A stretch of DNA of 64,000 nt from Candidatus Woesearchaeota archaeon (GTDB lineage: Archaea > Nanobdellota > Nanobdellia > Woesearchaeales > ARS49): the NCBI GenBank assembly GCA_038891615.1, contig JAWADY010000002.1, forward strand, positions 96,001-160,000, read 5' to 3'. Shown piece after piece: positions 55,751-64,000 of this stretch; position 1 is the stretch's first letter, and the number at the start of each line of letters is the position of its first letter. The position numbers were made by a program, and so were the translations under genes. The notes under the pieces were generated by a model that made no database searches, was not told where the DNA came from, and was given only the letters and a program-made list of their open reading frames with translations.

Positions 55751-57025
55751 CTATGGAATCTTCTTAAAGCCAGTAAACTTTTGTAGAACTTTTGGCACGC
55801 TCACGCTTCCATCCTTTTCCTGAAAGTTCTCAAGAATGGCAACAATTGCCCTACCTGTAGCAATTGCAGTTGCATTAAGCGTATGTACATAATCCCTTTT
55901 TTGTTCCTTACCGTGCTGATATCTTATGTTAAGCCCGACTGCTTGATAGTCTGTGCAGTTCGATGCGGATGTAACTTCAGCATATTTTCCTTGCCTTGGG
56001 AACCATGCCTCAATATCATAGCGCTTTGCAGCAACCATTCCAAGATCTCCTGTACAACAGTTTACAACCCTAAAAGGAATCTCTAGTGACTCAAAGAGCT
56101 CTTCTGCATTTCTTTGCATTTCCTCGTGAAGGTGCCAGCTTTCTTCTGGCTTTGAGATAATAACCTGCTCGACCTTATTGAATTGATGAACCCTGAAAAG
56201 CCCTCTTGTGTCAACCCCATGACTTCCAATCTCTTTCCTGAAGCAGGCACTTAAGCCGCAGAGCCTAATAGGAAGCTCACGCTCATCAAGAACCTCGTCA
56301 AGAAATTGAGCAACAAGTGGATGTTCTGAAGTCGCGATTGCATAAAGGTCTTCGCCCTCAATTTTGTACATTACATTCTCAAAATCTGCAATGCTTACAA
56401 CCCCTTCGTAAGGCTTCCTTCTCATCATCATCGGTGGCATGACAAAGGTATAACCCTTTTTTAGCAACTTTTGGATTGCAAATTGTTGAAGTGCCAGGTC
56501 TAGTAGGGCTATCTTTCCTTTGATGAACTGGAAACCAGCACCTGAAATCTTTGCACCGCGCCTAAAATCACCAAGAGCCCATTGCTCCAGAAGTTCTCCA
56601 TGACTTTTGAGCTCAAAATCAGGCTTTTTTGGGATTCCCCATCTTCTCATCTCAACATTTTCTGAAGAATCCATTCCTACTGGTACTGATTCATGAGCAA
56701 TGTTTGGAAGTCTTTGAAGGTTCCAAATTATTTTTTCTTCAAGCCTTTTAAGCTCTTCTTCTGTTGCTTTTATGCGCGCAGGTAACTCTGCTGCTTCTTT
56801 TATCAGTTTGCTTATGTCCAACCCAGCCTTTTTTGCAGCATTAATCTCTTCAGAAATGCTGTTCCTTCTTTGCCTGAAGCTGTCACACTCTTGTTTCAGA
56901 ACCCTCCACTCTTTGTCAAGCCTTATAAGCTCATCAACAAGTCTAACCTTGTCATGCTCATGCCTCTTTTCAAGATTTGCCTTAACAATTTCAGGATACG
57001 CTCTTACGAATTTGATGTCAAGCAT
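55751..57025 (-). CDS. serS: Seryl-tRNA synthetase
   Basis: MLDIKFVR, N-terminal coiled coil, ATSEHPL, FRKEIGSHG.DTRGLFRVHQFNKVEQ and HTLNAT. Confidence 0.97.
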   Translation of the reverse strand: MLDIKFVRAYPEIVKANLEKRHEHDKVRLVDELIRLDKEWRVLKQECDSFRQRRNSISEEINAAKKAGLDISKLIKEAAELPARIKATEEELKRLEEKIIWNLQRLPNIAHESVPVGMDSSENVEMRRWGIPKKPDFELKSHGELLEQWALGDFRRGAKISGAGFQFIKGKIALLDLALQQFAIQKLLKKGYTFVMPPMMMRRKPYEGVVSIADFENVMYKIEGEDLYAIATSEHPLVAQFLDEVLDERELPIRLCGLSACFRKEIGSHGVDTRGLFRVHQFNKVEQVIISKPEESWHLHEEMQRNAEELFESLEIPFRVVNCCTGDLGMVAAKRYDIEAWFPRQGKYAEVTSASNCTDYQAVGLNIRYQHGKEQKRDYVHTLNATAIATGRAIVAILENFQEKDGSVSVPKVLQKFTGFKKIP

Positions 57026-57070
57026 TAATGAAAATTCAGCGCGCACATATTTAATACTTGCGTTAGAATT

Positions 57071-58918
57071 TCAAAAAGCAGGACTGCTCAAAAACAGCGA
57101 AATCCGCTCACCTGCCTCAAGCGCATCTATTAGAACCTTTCCAAGCTTATTGTTTCGTCTTATCTTTATCACACCTTTCTTGCCGACTGCAAGAGTTGCA
57201 AGATAGCCCTCGTTTATATAGATACTGACATCATTCCCTTGAAGAGCTGGGCTAACAAATAGGCTTAAATAATTACCGCGAATATCTGTGCTAAACTCTA
57301 TCTGCTTTCCAGCTGGCTTTTCTTTTATTTCCTCCTCAAGAGGTCTCACATCAATTCCAATTCCAAGCTCTTTTTCAATAGCCTCAATGTTTCTTCCTTC
57401 TTTTCCAATTATGTTTGCTATGTATTTCTCAGGAACATAAACCGTTGCCTTACCCTCACTGACTATATCGACCTTTATTTTTTCAGAATATTTTTGTAAC
57501 GCGCGCGCAATTGCCTTTGCTGCAAGAGCCTTTATCCCTTTCACACTTTCTTCCTTCCCAACTGGGACAACAACAGTCTGCTCGCCATAGCTATAGATTT
57601 CTGCAACAGGCTTTCCGCTCTCAAAGTCAGAAACAACAACAGTTGGTCTTGCAAGGTCTGCTTCTGTCATTCCATATGGAACCTTGACAACCATCTCTAT
57701 TGAAAGGACCTTGTCGATGCCACCGTTCTTTATGAATACGACTGTATCAATAACATGTGGTATGACACCAAGTTCTATCCTTCCAATGAAGCGTTGTATT
57801 GCATCGATTGGCTTAGTTGCATGTACCACTCCAACCATTCCAACTCCGGCAAGTCTGAGGTCTGCAAAAAGACCAAAATCAGGCGTGTTTCTCATCTCGT
57901 CAAAAATGGTGTAGTCGGGCCTTGAAAGGAGAAGGATATCATGAATTTCTTCATGGCTTCCACGTGAAACAGCAAGCTGAGTTATGCTATCTGAGAGCAC
58001 GAGATCACGCGGGGCTTCAACTGTCTTAACAACTTTTCCTTTTGCCGCAAAATGCTCTGCAAGTGCTTGTGCAAATGTGCTCTTGCCATGCCCTGGCGAG
58101 CCTGCAATAACAAGCCCTTCTGCTTGTTCGGCAATCCTTGCTTTTAGCTTCTCACTAAGCTTGTAATCCTCAAGTGTAAGCCTTTTGACTGGTCTTACAG
58201 CTGTTATCTCCCACCCATCTGAAAATGGTGGCCTGGTTGTTACAGTCCTATAAATCCCCAGCTGGACTATTGTGCTTCCTTCTCGCTCAATCTCAACAAA
58301 GCTGTCTGCCCGAGAATTTGCCTCTTCAATAATCTCACTTGAGATACTTTTTATCTCTTCAGCAGTCAGTGGCTTCTTTCCAACTGGGACAAATTCCCAC
58401 GCACCTGGCATTCCTTTTTTTGCCATTGCTACAACACCTTCGCGCAAGTGCACAGACATGGTTTTTTCGTCAAAGAACTCTTCAATCTTGAGCTTTTTCA
58501 GCCTTGGCTGCTTTGGTACAAGGATTGTTGGAATGCCTTTTGCCTCAGCAACCCTTGCCTGAATGTGATCTGCAGTGATAAGTGTTGCACCTTCTTCCCA
58601 GGCAAGCTGTCGGATGAGCGCATCTATTTCACCCAGTCCTGCATATCGAATTTCACCAGCAGTTGGGCGTCTTCCTACAAAGGAAAGCTCAAACAGGCCC
58701 TGTTTTGCAAGTTTCTGTATCTTTTTTAGTTCATCAAGCCCTATAAAGCCTATTGCTCTACCTTTATTTGCTTGATGCTCTAGCTCTGCCAAAACAGCCT
58801 CGTGGATGAGTATCTTTTCTACAGCAAGCTCGCCTCTTTCTGCCTTAAGGCTTAAAAGTCCTTCGATTATCACAGAGCTATCAGGCACAAGCTTCTCTAT
58901 TTTTGCATTTAAGGTCAT
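57071..58918 (-). CDS. PIN-domain / ATPase / KH protein (PINA family)
   Basis: N-terminal PIN (VPDSSVII…ELE…D…TAD), GSPGHGKST, DEMR, GVVHAT and KH motif IIGKEGRNI. Confidence 0.9.
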   Translation of the reverse strand: MTLNAKIEKLVPDSSVIIEGLLSLKAERGELAVEKILIHEAVLAELEHQANKGRAIGFIGLDELKKIQKLAKQGLFELSFVGRRPTAGEIRYAGLGEIDALIRQLAWEEGATLITADHIQARVAEAKGIPTILVPKQPRLKKLKIEEFFDEKTMSVHLREGVVAMAKKGMPGAWEFVPVGKKPLTAEEIKSISSEIIEEANSRADSFVEIEREGSTIVQLGIYRTVTTRPPFSDGWEITAVRPVKRLTLEDYKLSEKLKARIAEQAEGLVIAGSPGHGKSTFAQALAEHFAAKGKVVKTVEAPRDLVLSDSITQLAVSRGSHEEIHDILLLSRPDYTIFDEMRNTPDFGLFADLRLAGVGMVGVVHATKPIDAIQRFIGRIELGVIPHVIDTVVFIKNGGIDKVLSIEMVVKVPYGMTEADLARPTVVVSDFESGKPVAEIYSYGEQTVVVPVGKEESVKGIKALAAKAIARALQKYSEKIKVDIVSEGKATVYVPEKYIANIIGKEGRNIEAIEKELGIGIDVRPLEEEIKEKPAGKQIEFSTDIRGNYLSLFVSPALQGNDVSIYINEGYLATLAVGKKGVIKIRRNNKLGKVLIDALEAGERISLFLSSPAF

Positions 58919-58990
58919 GTTTTTTTATTCAAGAAAGAGCTTTATAAACTTTTGTAAAGGCAGACCTTCTTGCAAGCCAGATTAAGAAGA

Positions 58991-59093
58991 CGCCGCCGCC
59001 CGGATTTGAACCGGGGAACCCTTTCGGGAACAGGGTTAGCAACCCTGCGCAGTCTCCTGTTCTTTTGAGAATACCAGGCTGTGCCACGGCGGC
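58991..59093 (-). tRNA. tRNA-Ser(GCT) with a 19-nt intron in the D-loop (59054-59072)
   Basis: Minus strand: GCCGCCG…GCACAGCCTGGT[ATTCTCAAAAGAACAGGAG]ACTGCG, CAGGG-TTGCTAA-CCCTG, long variable arm CCCGAAAGGG. BHB helix CCTG/CAGG. Confidence 0.9.
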
Positions 59094-59162
59094 ATGATGT
59101 TAGGCTTGAAAAAGGTTATTTAAATATTTCTTACTTTTGGCTTTATGCAATTCTGAGAATGA

Positions 59163-59690
59163 CTAACTCCTTTGTTTCTTGTGAGCCTTCAGTAGTCCAA
59201 GGTGTGCTGCGTGCAAGCGCAGTGCAATCAGCCTAATCCCTCGCTGAGCAAGCCTTAGGAGTCTAATAAAGGGTCTTGCTTCGCGAAGTGACAGCTCTGC
59301 TTCTTTTATAAACTGTGCTTCGCGAAGAAGCTTTGTCTCACGCAAAAGGATGCTTTCATGAAGGATTTTTTGAGCCTCTTCACCAGCCTTAATGAACTCG
59401 TTGACAAAAAGGTATGCTCTAAAGATTAGAAAAAAAGGGAAAACAGCAAGTATGTCAATCCAATACAACTTAACAAACGTGCGAAATTTACGAACATGAC
59501 GCCACTTTAACAAAAGGTCAGCAACAAAAAATCCTATAATTACCCAATCAGCGATCCCAACCCAAGGCTGGTAGTGTTCGATGTCTGTAACAAAACCCGC
59601 AATTATTAGCACTGCAAGAATTATAATCATCAAAGGAATCATCCTGTCAACAAAGCGTTCAAGCCGCTCAATCTTTCCCCTTTTTCGCAT
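59163..59690 (-). CDS. Voltage-sensor-like (ion transport S1-S4) membrane protein lacking a pore domain
   Basis: S2-like FFVADLLLKW, S3-like YWIDILAVFPF and S4-like RPFIRLLRLAQRGIR. No GYG pore. Confidence 0.68.
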   Translation of the reverse strand: MRKRGKIERLERFVDRMIPLMIIILAVLIIAGFVTDIEHYQPWVGIADWVIIGFFVADLLLKWRHVRKFRTFVKLYWIDILAVFPFFLIFRAYLFVNEFIKAGEEAQKILHESILLRETKLLREAQFIKEAELSLREARPFIRLLRLAQRGIRLIALRLHAAHLGLLKAHKKQRS

Positions 59691-59711
59691 ATAATTAGCC
59701 TGCAGCAAAGC

Positions 59712-59719
59712 TTTATAAA
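59712..59719. promoter_or_regulatory. Palindromic TATA box probably shared by tRNA-iMet and the divergent CDS
   Basis: TTTATAAA lies about 24 nt from the tRNA start and about 22 nt from the divergent ATG. Confidence 0.6.
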
Positions 59720-59742
59720 TGCTTTGCACCTCAATCATTAAT

Positions 59743-59817
59743 AGCGGGATGGAGCAGTCTGGAGTGCTCGATGGGCTCATAACCCATAGGTCGCTGGTTC
59801 AAATCCAGCTCCCGCTA
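59743..59817 (+). tRNA. Initiator tRNA-Met(CAT)
   Basis: A1-U72 pair (AGCGGGA/TCCCGCT) and three G-C pairs in the anticodon stem (ATGGG-CTCATAA-CCCAT). Confidence 0.95.
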
Positions 59818-59846
59818 TTTTTGTTCAAAATTCTAAGAAAAAGCTG

Positions 59847-60209
59847 CTAACCATAAGGCTTTGGTCTTGTGACATCTGTTCTAAAAATATGAACAATCTG
59901 CTGCCTTACATCTTTGAAAGCCTTGTGTATTGCCCTTGAGAACTCCCAGTCATCGGCATTGCAGCTTTCTATGACCTTTGTTGGCGCACCAACCCTTACA
60001 TGAAGGCTGTATTTCTTTCTCCTGCCTTCTTTCTCATAGCATTTGACATGCACAGTAACTCCAATAAGGTTTGGAAGGTCCCGCTTTATCTTTTCATAGT
60101 ATTCTGTTGAGAGCCTGTGAAGCACTTCCTGTTCTTCTGGTTCAAGCTCTCTTATTCCGACAAACTGCAGAACTTCCTTGACTCCAAACTTTGGAACCTC
60201 TTTTGGCAT
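59847..60209 (-). CDS. Stand-alone HPF/RaiA-like protein (putative ribosome hibernation factor)
   Basis: beta-alpha-beta-beta-beta-alpha pattern: KIKR…VTVHVK…KYSLHVRV…DDWEFSRAIHKAF. Confidence 0.6.
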   Translation of the reverse strand: MPKEVPKFGVKEVLQFVGIRELEPEEQEVLHRLSTEYYEKIKRDLPNLIGVTVHVKCYEKEGRRKKYSLHVRVGAPTKVIESCNADDWEFSRAIHKAFKDVRQQIVHIFRTDVTRPKPYG

Positions 60210-60259
60210 TTTAGAAAGATTTTGACGGCAAATTTATAAAGTTTGCTGAAGAGAACACT

Positions 60260-60919
60260 TTGATGACAACAATCTGCGGCATTGACGAGGCAGGGCGTGG
60301 GCCAATAATTGGGCCAATGATTATTTGCGGCATTCTTGTCGATAAAAGGCAGTTGCCAATTCTCGAAAAGCTGAAAGTGAAGGATTCAAAAGCTCTGACC
60401 ACGCCCCAGCGGGAAAAGATTTCTGTTGAATTAAAAAAGCGTTTTAAATACAAGCTTATATCTGTTTCTCCTCAAGAGATTGATGCAGTTGTGCTTGCGG
60501 ATAGCAAAGATGTCAATCTCAATTGGCTTGAAGCAGAAAAGGCAGTTGAACTTATTGATGCTCTAAAGCCAGACGAAGTAATAATGGATTGTCCCAGCCC
60601 TAACATAAAGGCATTCACATCTTTTATAATGCAAAGGATAAAGCGCAAGTGTGCGCTACTATGCGCCCATCATGCTGATGCAAAGTATCCTGTTGTTTCG
60701 GCAGCATCCATTCTTGCAAAAACAGCCAGGGATGAAGCTGTTGAAAAGATAAAAAGAAAAATTGGTATTGATTTTGGTTCTGGCTATGTGGCAGATCCAA
60801 GAACAAAGGAGTTTTTGGAGAAACACTGGAATGATTATCCTGAAATATTTAGGCATTCTTGGGCCCCATATCGCAAGGAGTCTGAGCTACAGAAACAAAA
60901 AAGGCTCGGCGAGTTTTAG
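60260..60919 (+). CDS. rnhB: Ribonuclease HII with C-terminal PIP box
   Basis: GIDEAGRGP, DSK, ADAKYPVVSAASILAK, GSGY..DP and C-terminal QKRLGEF. Confidence 0.96.
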   Translation: MMTTICGIDEAGRGPIIGPMIICGILVDKRQLPILEKLKVKDSKALTTPQREKISVELKKRFKYKLISVSPQEIDAVVLADSKDVNLNWLEAEKAVELIDALKPDEVIMDCPSPNIKAFTSFIMQRIKRKCALLCAHHADAKYPVVSAASILAKTARDEAVEKIKRKIGIDFGSGYVADPRTKEFLEKHWNDYPEIFRHSWAPYRKESELQKQKRLGEF

Positions 60920-60984
60920 CATGTATTGTTACACCTACGGGCGTTTTCAATAGTTTTATAAAGAATCTTAAACAACCTCTTATT

Positions 60985-61701
60985 ATGAACAAGAAAAAGT
61001 CAATCCCTTCTTCGATTGAAATTGTTAAGGAAGCTGAGAAAACTAATCCAAAAGCTGATATAAATAAACTACATTCTAAAACTTTTGAATTACTCAAAAA
61101 ATATAGAGAAGAGTATTATGAGAATAAAGTAAACACTCTATTCTCTAGAAAGAATTTAGCAAATATTCCAAAAGAAATAGGAATTAAGATTAAAAAAGAG
61201 TTATTAAAACCAATAAAAGTTGACGATAAAATATATAGTAATTTTATGGAGGAAGCATCAAGGAGGATTAGTCAGACATTTCAAGTTATTTCCGGCAATA
61301 TTGCAGAATTGTGTGTCGAAAGAGAGTTAATAAAAATTGGATTGAAGCTGGGTATACATTATGTTAAGAAAAAAGAAGGGGCAGATTTTATAATTTATTA
61401 TCCTCAAAAAAACGGTTTTAAGAAAAAACATAGGATTGAAGTAAAAAATATTAAATTGAGAGAAAGAGGAATAAGAGGTTTAGCATTTGATGGTGATACA
61501 ATGATAGGATTCTTTAACCAACCCTCAGAATTTACTGCTTCAAATATTGAAGTTATAGATAACCATTGTAAGAAGACTAATGGATATTGCTATATCCCTC
61601 CAAAAACCTTAAAATCGATTAAACATAAAACTTCAAGATTTAAATCAAATATAGAGTTTGCTAAGGATATGAAAAACTTTGTTGAAACTGGTTCTATTTA
61701 G
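60985..61701 (+). CDS. Putative type II restriction endonuclease (PD-(D/E)xK, R-E-R motif)
   Basis: SGNIAE…ADFII…IEVKNIKLRER. AT-rich. Convergent with and overlapping a DNA methyltransferase. Confidence 0.75.
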   Translation: MNKKKSIPSSIEIVKEAEKTNPKADINKLHSKTFELLKKYREEYYENKVNTLFSRKNLANIPKEIGIKIKKELLKPIKVDDKIYSNFMEEASRRISQTFQVISGNIAELCVERELIKIGLKLGIHYVKKKEGADFIIYYPQKNGFKKKHRIEVKNIKLRERGIRGLAFDGDTMIGFFNQPSEFTASNIEVIDNHCKKTNGYCYIPPKTLKSIKHKTSRFKSNIEFAKDMKNFVETGSI

Positions 61702-62566
61702 GCGGCCTCCAAAAATCTAAGATATATTCAAAGGTAGTTCCTAATGTTATATAATTACTTGGCCACCCAAATATTCCTGCCCCATTTATTAAATTCCTTC
61801 TATCCCAAATTATGATATTTCTTAATTCATATCCTGCTTTTTTCATTGCTTCTATAACATAAATGTGAATGGGTATTCTCTTATTTTCCCACCATAAATC
61901 AGTTATATTAATGACACAATGAGCTTTTGGTTTTAATATGGGAAGAATTTTCTTGTAAATTTTACCTAATTCTTCTGTATATTGTTCGGGTTCCATAGTT
62001 CCTAAATCTCTTGGATTATTAGAGTATTGTTGCACTTTCATAAATTGACTATTTAGCCTTTTATCACCTCTTAGGCTCTTATTTAGTCTTGGTCTATTAA
62101 GCATATTTGCATATGGTGGAGAGGTCACACATAAAGAAACAGTTTCTTTTTCTAAATAATCTGGAATGTTTATTGCATCATCGCAAATCATTATTTGTTT
62201 AGTTTCATTTGTTAGACTTTGTTGCGATAACCTTTTTTGTGCAAAATCAACATATTTTTTATTCAAATCAAACCCGACAGCATTTCTACAAACATCTTTA
62301 GCGGCTACTAATGTTGTGCCTATACCTGCAAATGGGTCTAATACCAATTCTCCCTTATGAGTAAATAATTCTATACATTTTTTAGGTAATGCTATTGGGA
62401 AAACAGCAGGGTGTATTTCTTTATCTCTTATATCTCTTGTTTCATAAAAAAATTCCCAGATTGCAACCTGATTCTTTAGCCATTCTTTTGGAGTTAAGCA
62501 ATTAATATGAGTCTCGCCACATTTACAAGTTCTATTACAATTTATATCTAACTTTTTACTTATCAT
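61694..62566 (-). CDS. Amino (probably N4-cytosine) DNA methyltransferase
   Basis: HPAVFP, VLDPFAGIGTT (SAM binding) preceding TSPPY (catalytic), FEYIL.F. Confidence 0.92.
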   Translation of the reverse strand: MISKKLDINCNRTCKCGETHINCLTPKEWLKNQVAIWEFFYETRDIRDKEIHPAVFPIALPKKCIELFTHKGELVLDPFAGIGTTLVAAKDVCRNAVGFDLNKKYVDFAQKRLSQQSLTNETKQIMICDDAINIPDYLEKETVSLCVTSPPYANMLNRPRLNKSLRGDKRLNSQFMKVQQYSNNPRDLGTMEPEQYTEELGKIYKKILPILKPKAHCVINITDLWWENKRIPIHIYVIEAMKKAGYELRNIIIWDRRNLINGAGIFGWPSNYITLGTTFEYILDFWRPPK

Positions 62567-62573
62567 TCTATAT

Positions 62574-62723
62574 TCACGTTTTATTATTTTTATTTAACGG
62601 TTTATCCCAATAAGGGCTTTTACATTTTGGGCATACAGTAGGAACATCTTCGCTTCTTGTTATCCATTCATGCCCGCATCTTTCACATTTGCACTCGTAA
62701 ACTTTGATCTCCTTTTTAGCCAT
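62574..62723 (-). CDS. 49-aa Zn-ribbon protein upstream of the methyltransferase (not in ORF track)
   Basis: MAKKEIKVYECKCERCGHEWITRSEDVPTVCPKCKSPYWDKPLNKNNKT. TTTAAA upstream. Confidence 0.75.
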   Translation of the reverse strand: MAKKEIKVYECKCERCGHEWITRSEDVPTVCPKCKSPYWDKPLNKNNKT

Positions 62724-62991
62724 ATAAGATTAATTAACTTTATTCTTTAAATATTTTACTATAATCATATATCATAGCCTAAAGATTTAAATAAATACTT
62801 TGGATAATATCACCCGTCCAAGATGTTAAGGATGTCTATTAAGAAAAATGGCATTAGGATTAATTAGATTGAGCAAAACGAAGAAAATTTAATTTTTTAT
62901 TTAAATTAGCTCCCGACAACGCAACAATACAGTTTTACCAAAAGGTTTAAATATGAGTGTTGCGTAATAGTTTCTAGTTGGTGGTGACAAA

Positions 62992-64000
62992 ATGGGTCTT
63001 GTCGAACGCGTGAGAAGACTTGTAAATGAAAGTGCAAATAGGTTCGGTAACAAGCTTGTTCCTGGTTTTGGCGACTTTCTTACAAGGGATGTTTCTAGTT
63101 TGAAAAGGGAATTGATGATGGCTGCTGCTACTCCTTTACTTGCTGCTTCAATGATTTTTTCTAATGGCTGCTTTGAAGGTGGGGGTGGCACAAGCACTGT
63201 TTTTGATGGCGGAGGTTCTGGTGGTGGCAATGGTGGCGGTGGCGGCTCTGGTGGCGGAGGTTCTGGTGGTGGCAGTGGTGGCAGCTCTGGTGGTGGCAGT
63301 GGTCAGCAAGGAAACTACAAGCTTTTTGTTCAAAACCCCCCTGCACCTGTAAAAGGCGCTAAGGTTACTGTTTGGCCAGCTGCACTTTACAATGTTGAGG
63401 ATGGCACTGGTATTGAGCCTGTTGCCGACCCAAACACGCCTTATGTTACTGGTGATGATGGAACTGTTTTGCTCAATCTCGATGGACCTTCGCACATAGT
63501 TGTTTCTAAAGAAGGCTATCCTGATGTTGTGCAGTTTAATGTCAAGCCGCTTCAGACAACATCAGCGAATCAGCCAAGATGTCTTGAGTATCTTCTTACG
63601 AGCAGTGACAGTGATATAGACTTTTGCAGGCCAGTAGGCCTTAGAAGACCTATAGGTGAAGAGTGCCAAGGAGTGAACTTTCAGGGTCACATAAAGCATG
63701 ATGGAGAGGTTGTTGGGAATCAGTATGTGAAAGGCGAGTTTGTAAGCATTATCCTGCGTGGCGAGGTTTCTAACAATAGTCCTTTGCCAGAGACATCTGC
63801 GAGTTTTCTTGTGATGTATACTGGAACTACTCCTGATCCTAATACCGAGGAGCTTGTTTATCAGGGGCTTGGAGACCCTAGTAAGACTTTGAACATTGTT
63901 CGTGGTGAGAAAAAAGCTAAAAATTTCCTATATCAGATTCCTTTGGATGCTCGTGAAGGCTGGTACAGGATTTATGTGAGCAATGGTTGTTATGCGAATT
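62992..64000 (+). CDS. Secreted/surface protein with Gly-Ser linker and carboxypeptidase-regulatory-like domain (runs off the window; not in ORF track)
   Basis: GGTGGTGA SD then ATG 62992, open to the window end. Hydrophobic stretch ending SNGC, a (GGGS)n tract, then PVKGAKVTV…VTGDDG…VSKEGY. Confidence 0.82.
   Translation, partial: MGLVERVRRLVNESANRFGNKLVPGFGDFLTRDVSSLKRELMMAAATPLLAASMIFSNGCFEGGGGTSTVFDGGGSGGGNGGGGGSGGGGSGGGSGGSSGGGSGQQGNYKLFVQNPPAPVKGAKVTVWPAALYNVEDGTGIEPVADPNTPYVTGDDGTVLLNLDGPSHIVVSKEGYPDVVQFNVKPLQTTSANQPRCLEYLLTSSDSDIDFCRPVGLRRPIGEECQGVNFQGHIKHDGEVVGNQYVKGEFVSIILRGEVSNNSPLPETSASFLVMYTGTTPDPNTEELVYQGLGDPSKTLNIVRGEKKAKNFLYQIPLDAREGWYRIYVSNGCYAN
63178..63303 (+). repeat. Low-complexity GGT/GGC/TCT repeat encoding the Gly-Ser linker
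   Basis: Repeated GGCGGAGGTTCTGGTGGTGGC-type units. Confidence 0.8.

Larger units (their letters stand above)
60930..62900. mobile_element. AT-rich horizontally acquired restriction-modification islet
   Basis: Abrupt drop in GC and change in codon usage right after rnhB. No integrase or terminal repeats seen. Boundaries approximate. Confidence 0.55.

Noticed and set aside
62901-63495. Pro-, Thr- and His-rich ORFs in alternative frames
   Set aside because: Artefacts of the Gly-Ser repeat in the real plus-strand gene starting at 62992.

Overview
Densely packed chromosome segment of a small-genome archaeon, most likely DPANN (Woesearchaeota/Pacearchaeota-like). The lineage is inferred from gene content (GatDE, RfcL, Cdc6, CDC48, NreA, Taw1, DHS, BHB tRNA introns) and not from a phylogeny. 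Most of the window is housekeeping: six aminoacyl-tRNA synthetases, GatD/GatE, RtcB/archease, a class II ribonucleotide reductase, and seven tRNA genes, three with introns (two of them in the D-loop). The best candidate for an undescribed system is a six-gene operon at 22445-25799 made of three paralogous membrane proteins followed by three paralogous soluble proteins, none with a recognisable function. Also notable: a pilin-less type IV pilus-like ATPase/platform pair with divergent coiled-coil genes; the Oap/Arv small-GTPase trio next to an internally duplicated basic protein; a pore-less voltage-sensor-like protein; NrdJ with an HTH-like N-terminal extension; a stand-alone HPF-like protein; atypical cupredoxins; and two AT-rich inserts (a decayed Zn-protease gene and a type II restriction-modification cassette). 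No rRNA, CRISPR array or transposase was seen. All calls come from reading motifs by eye, with no database searches.
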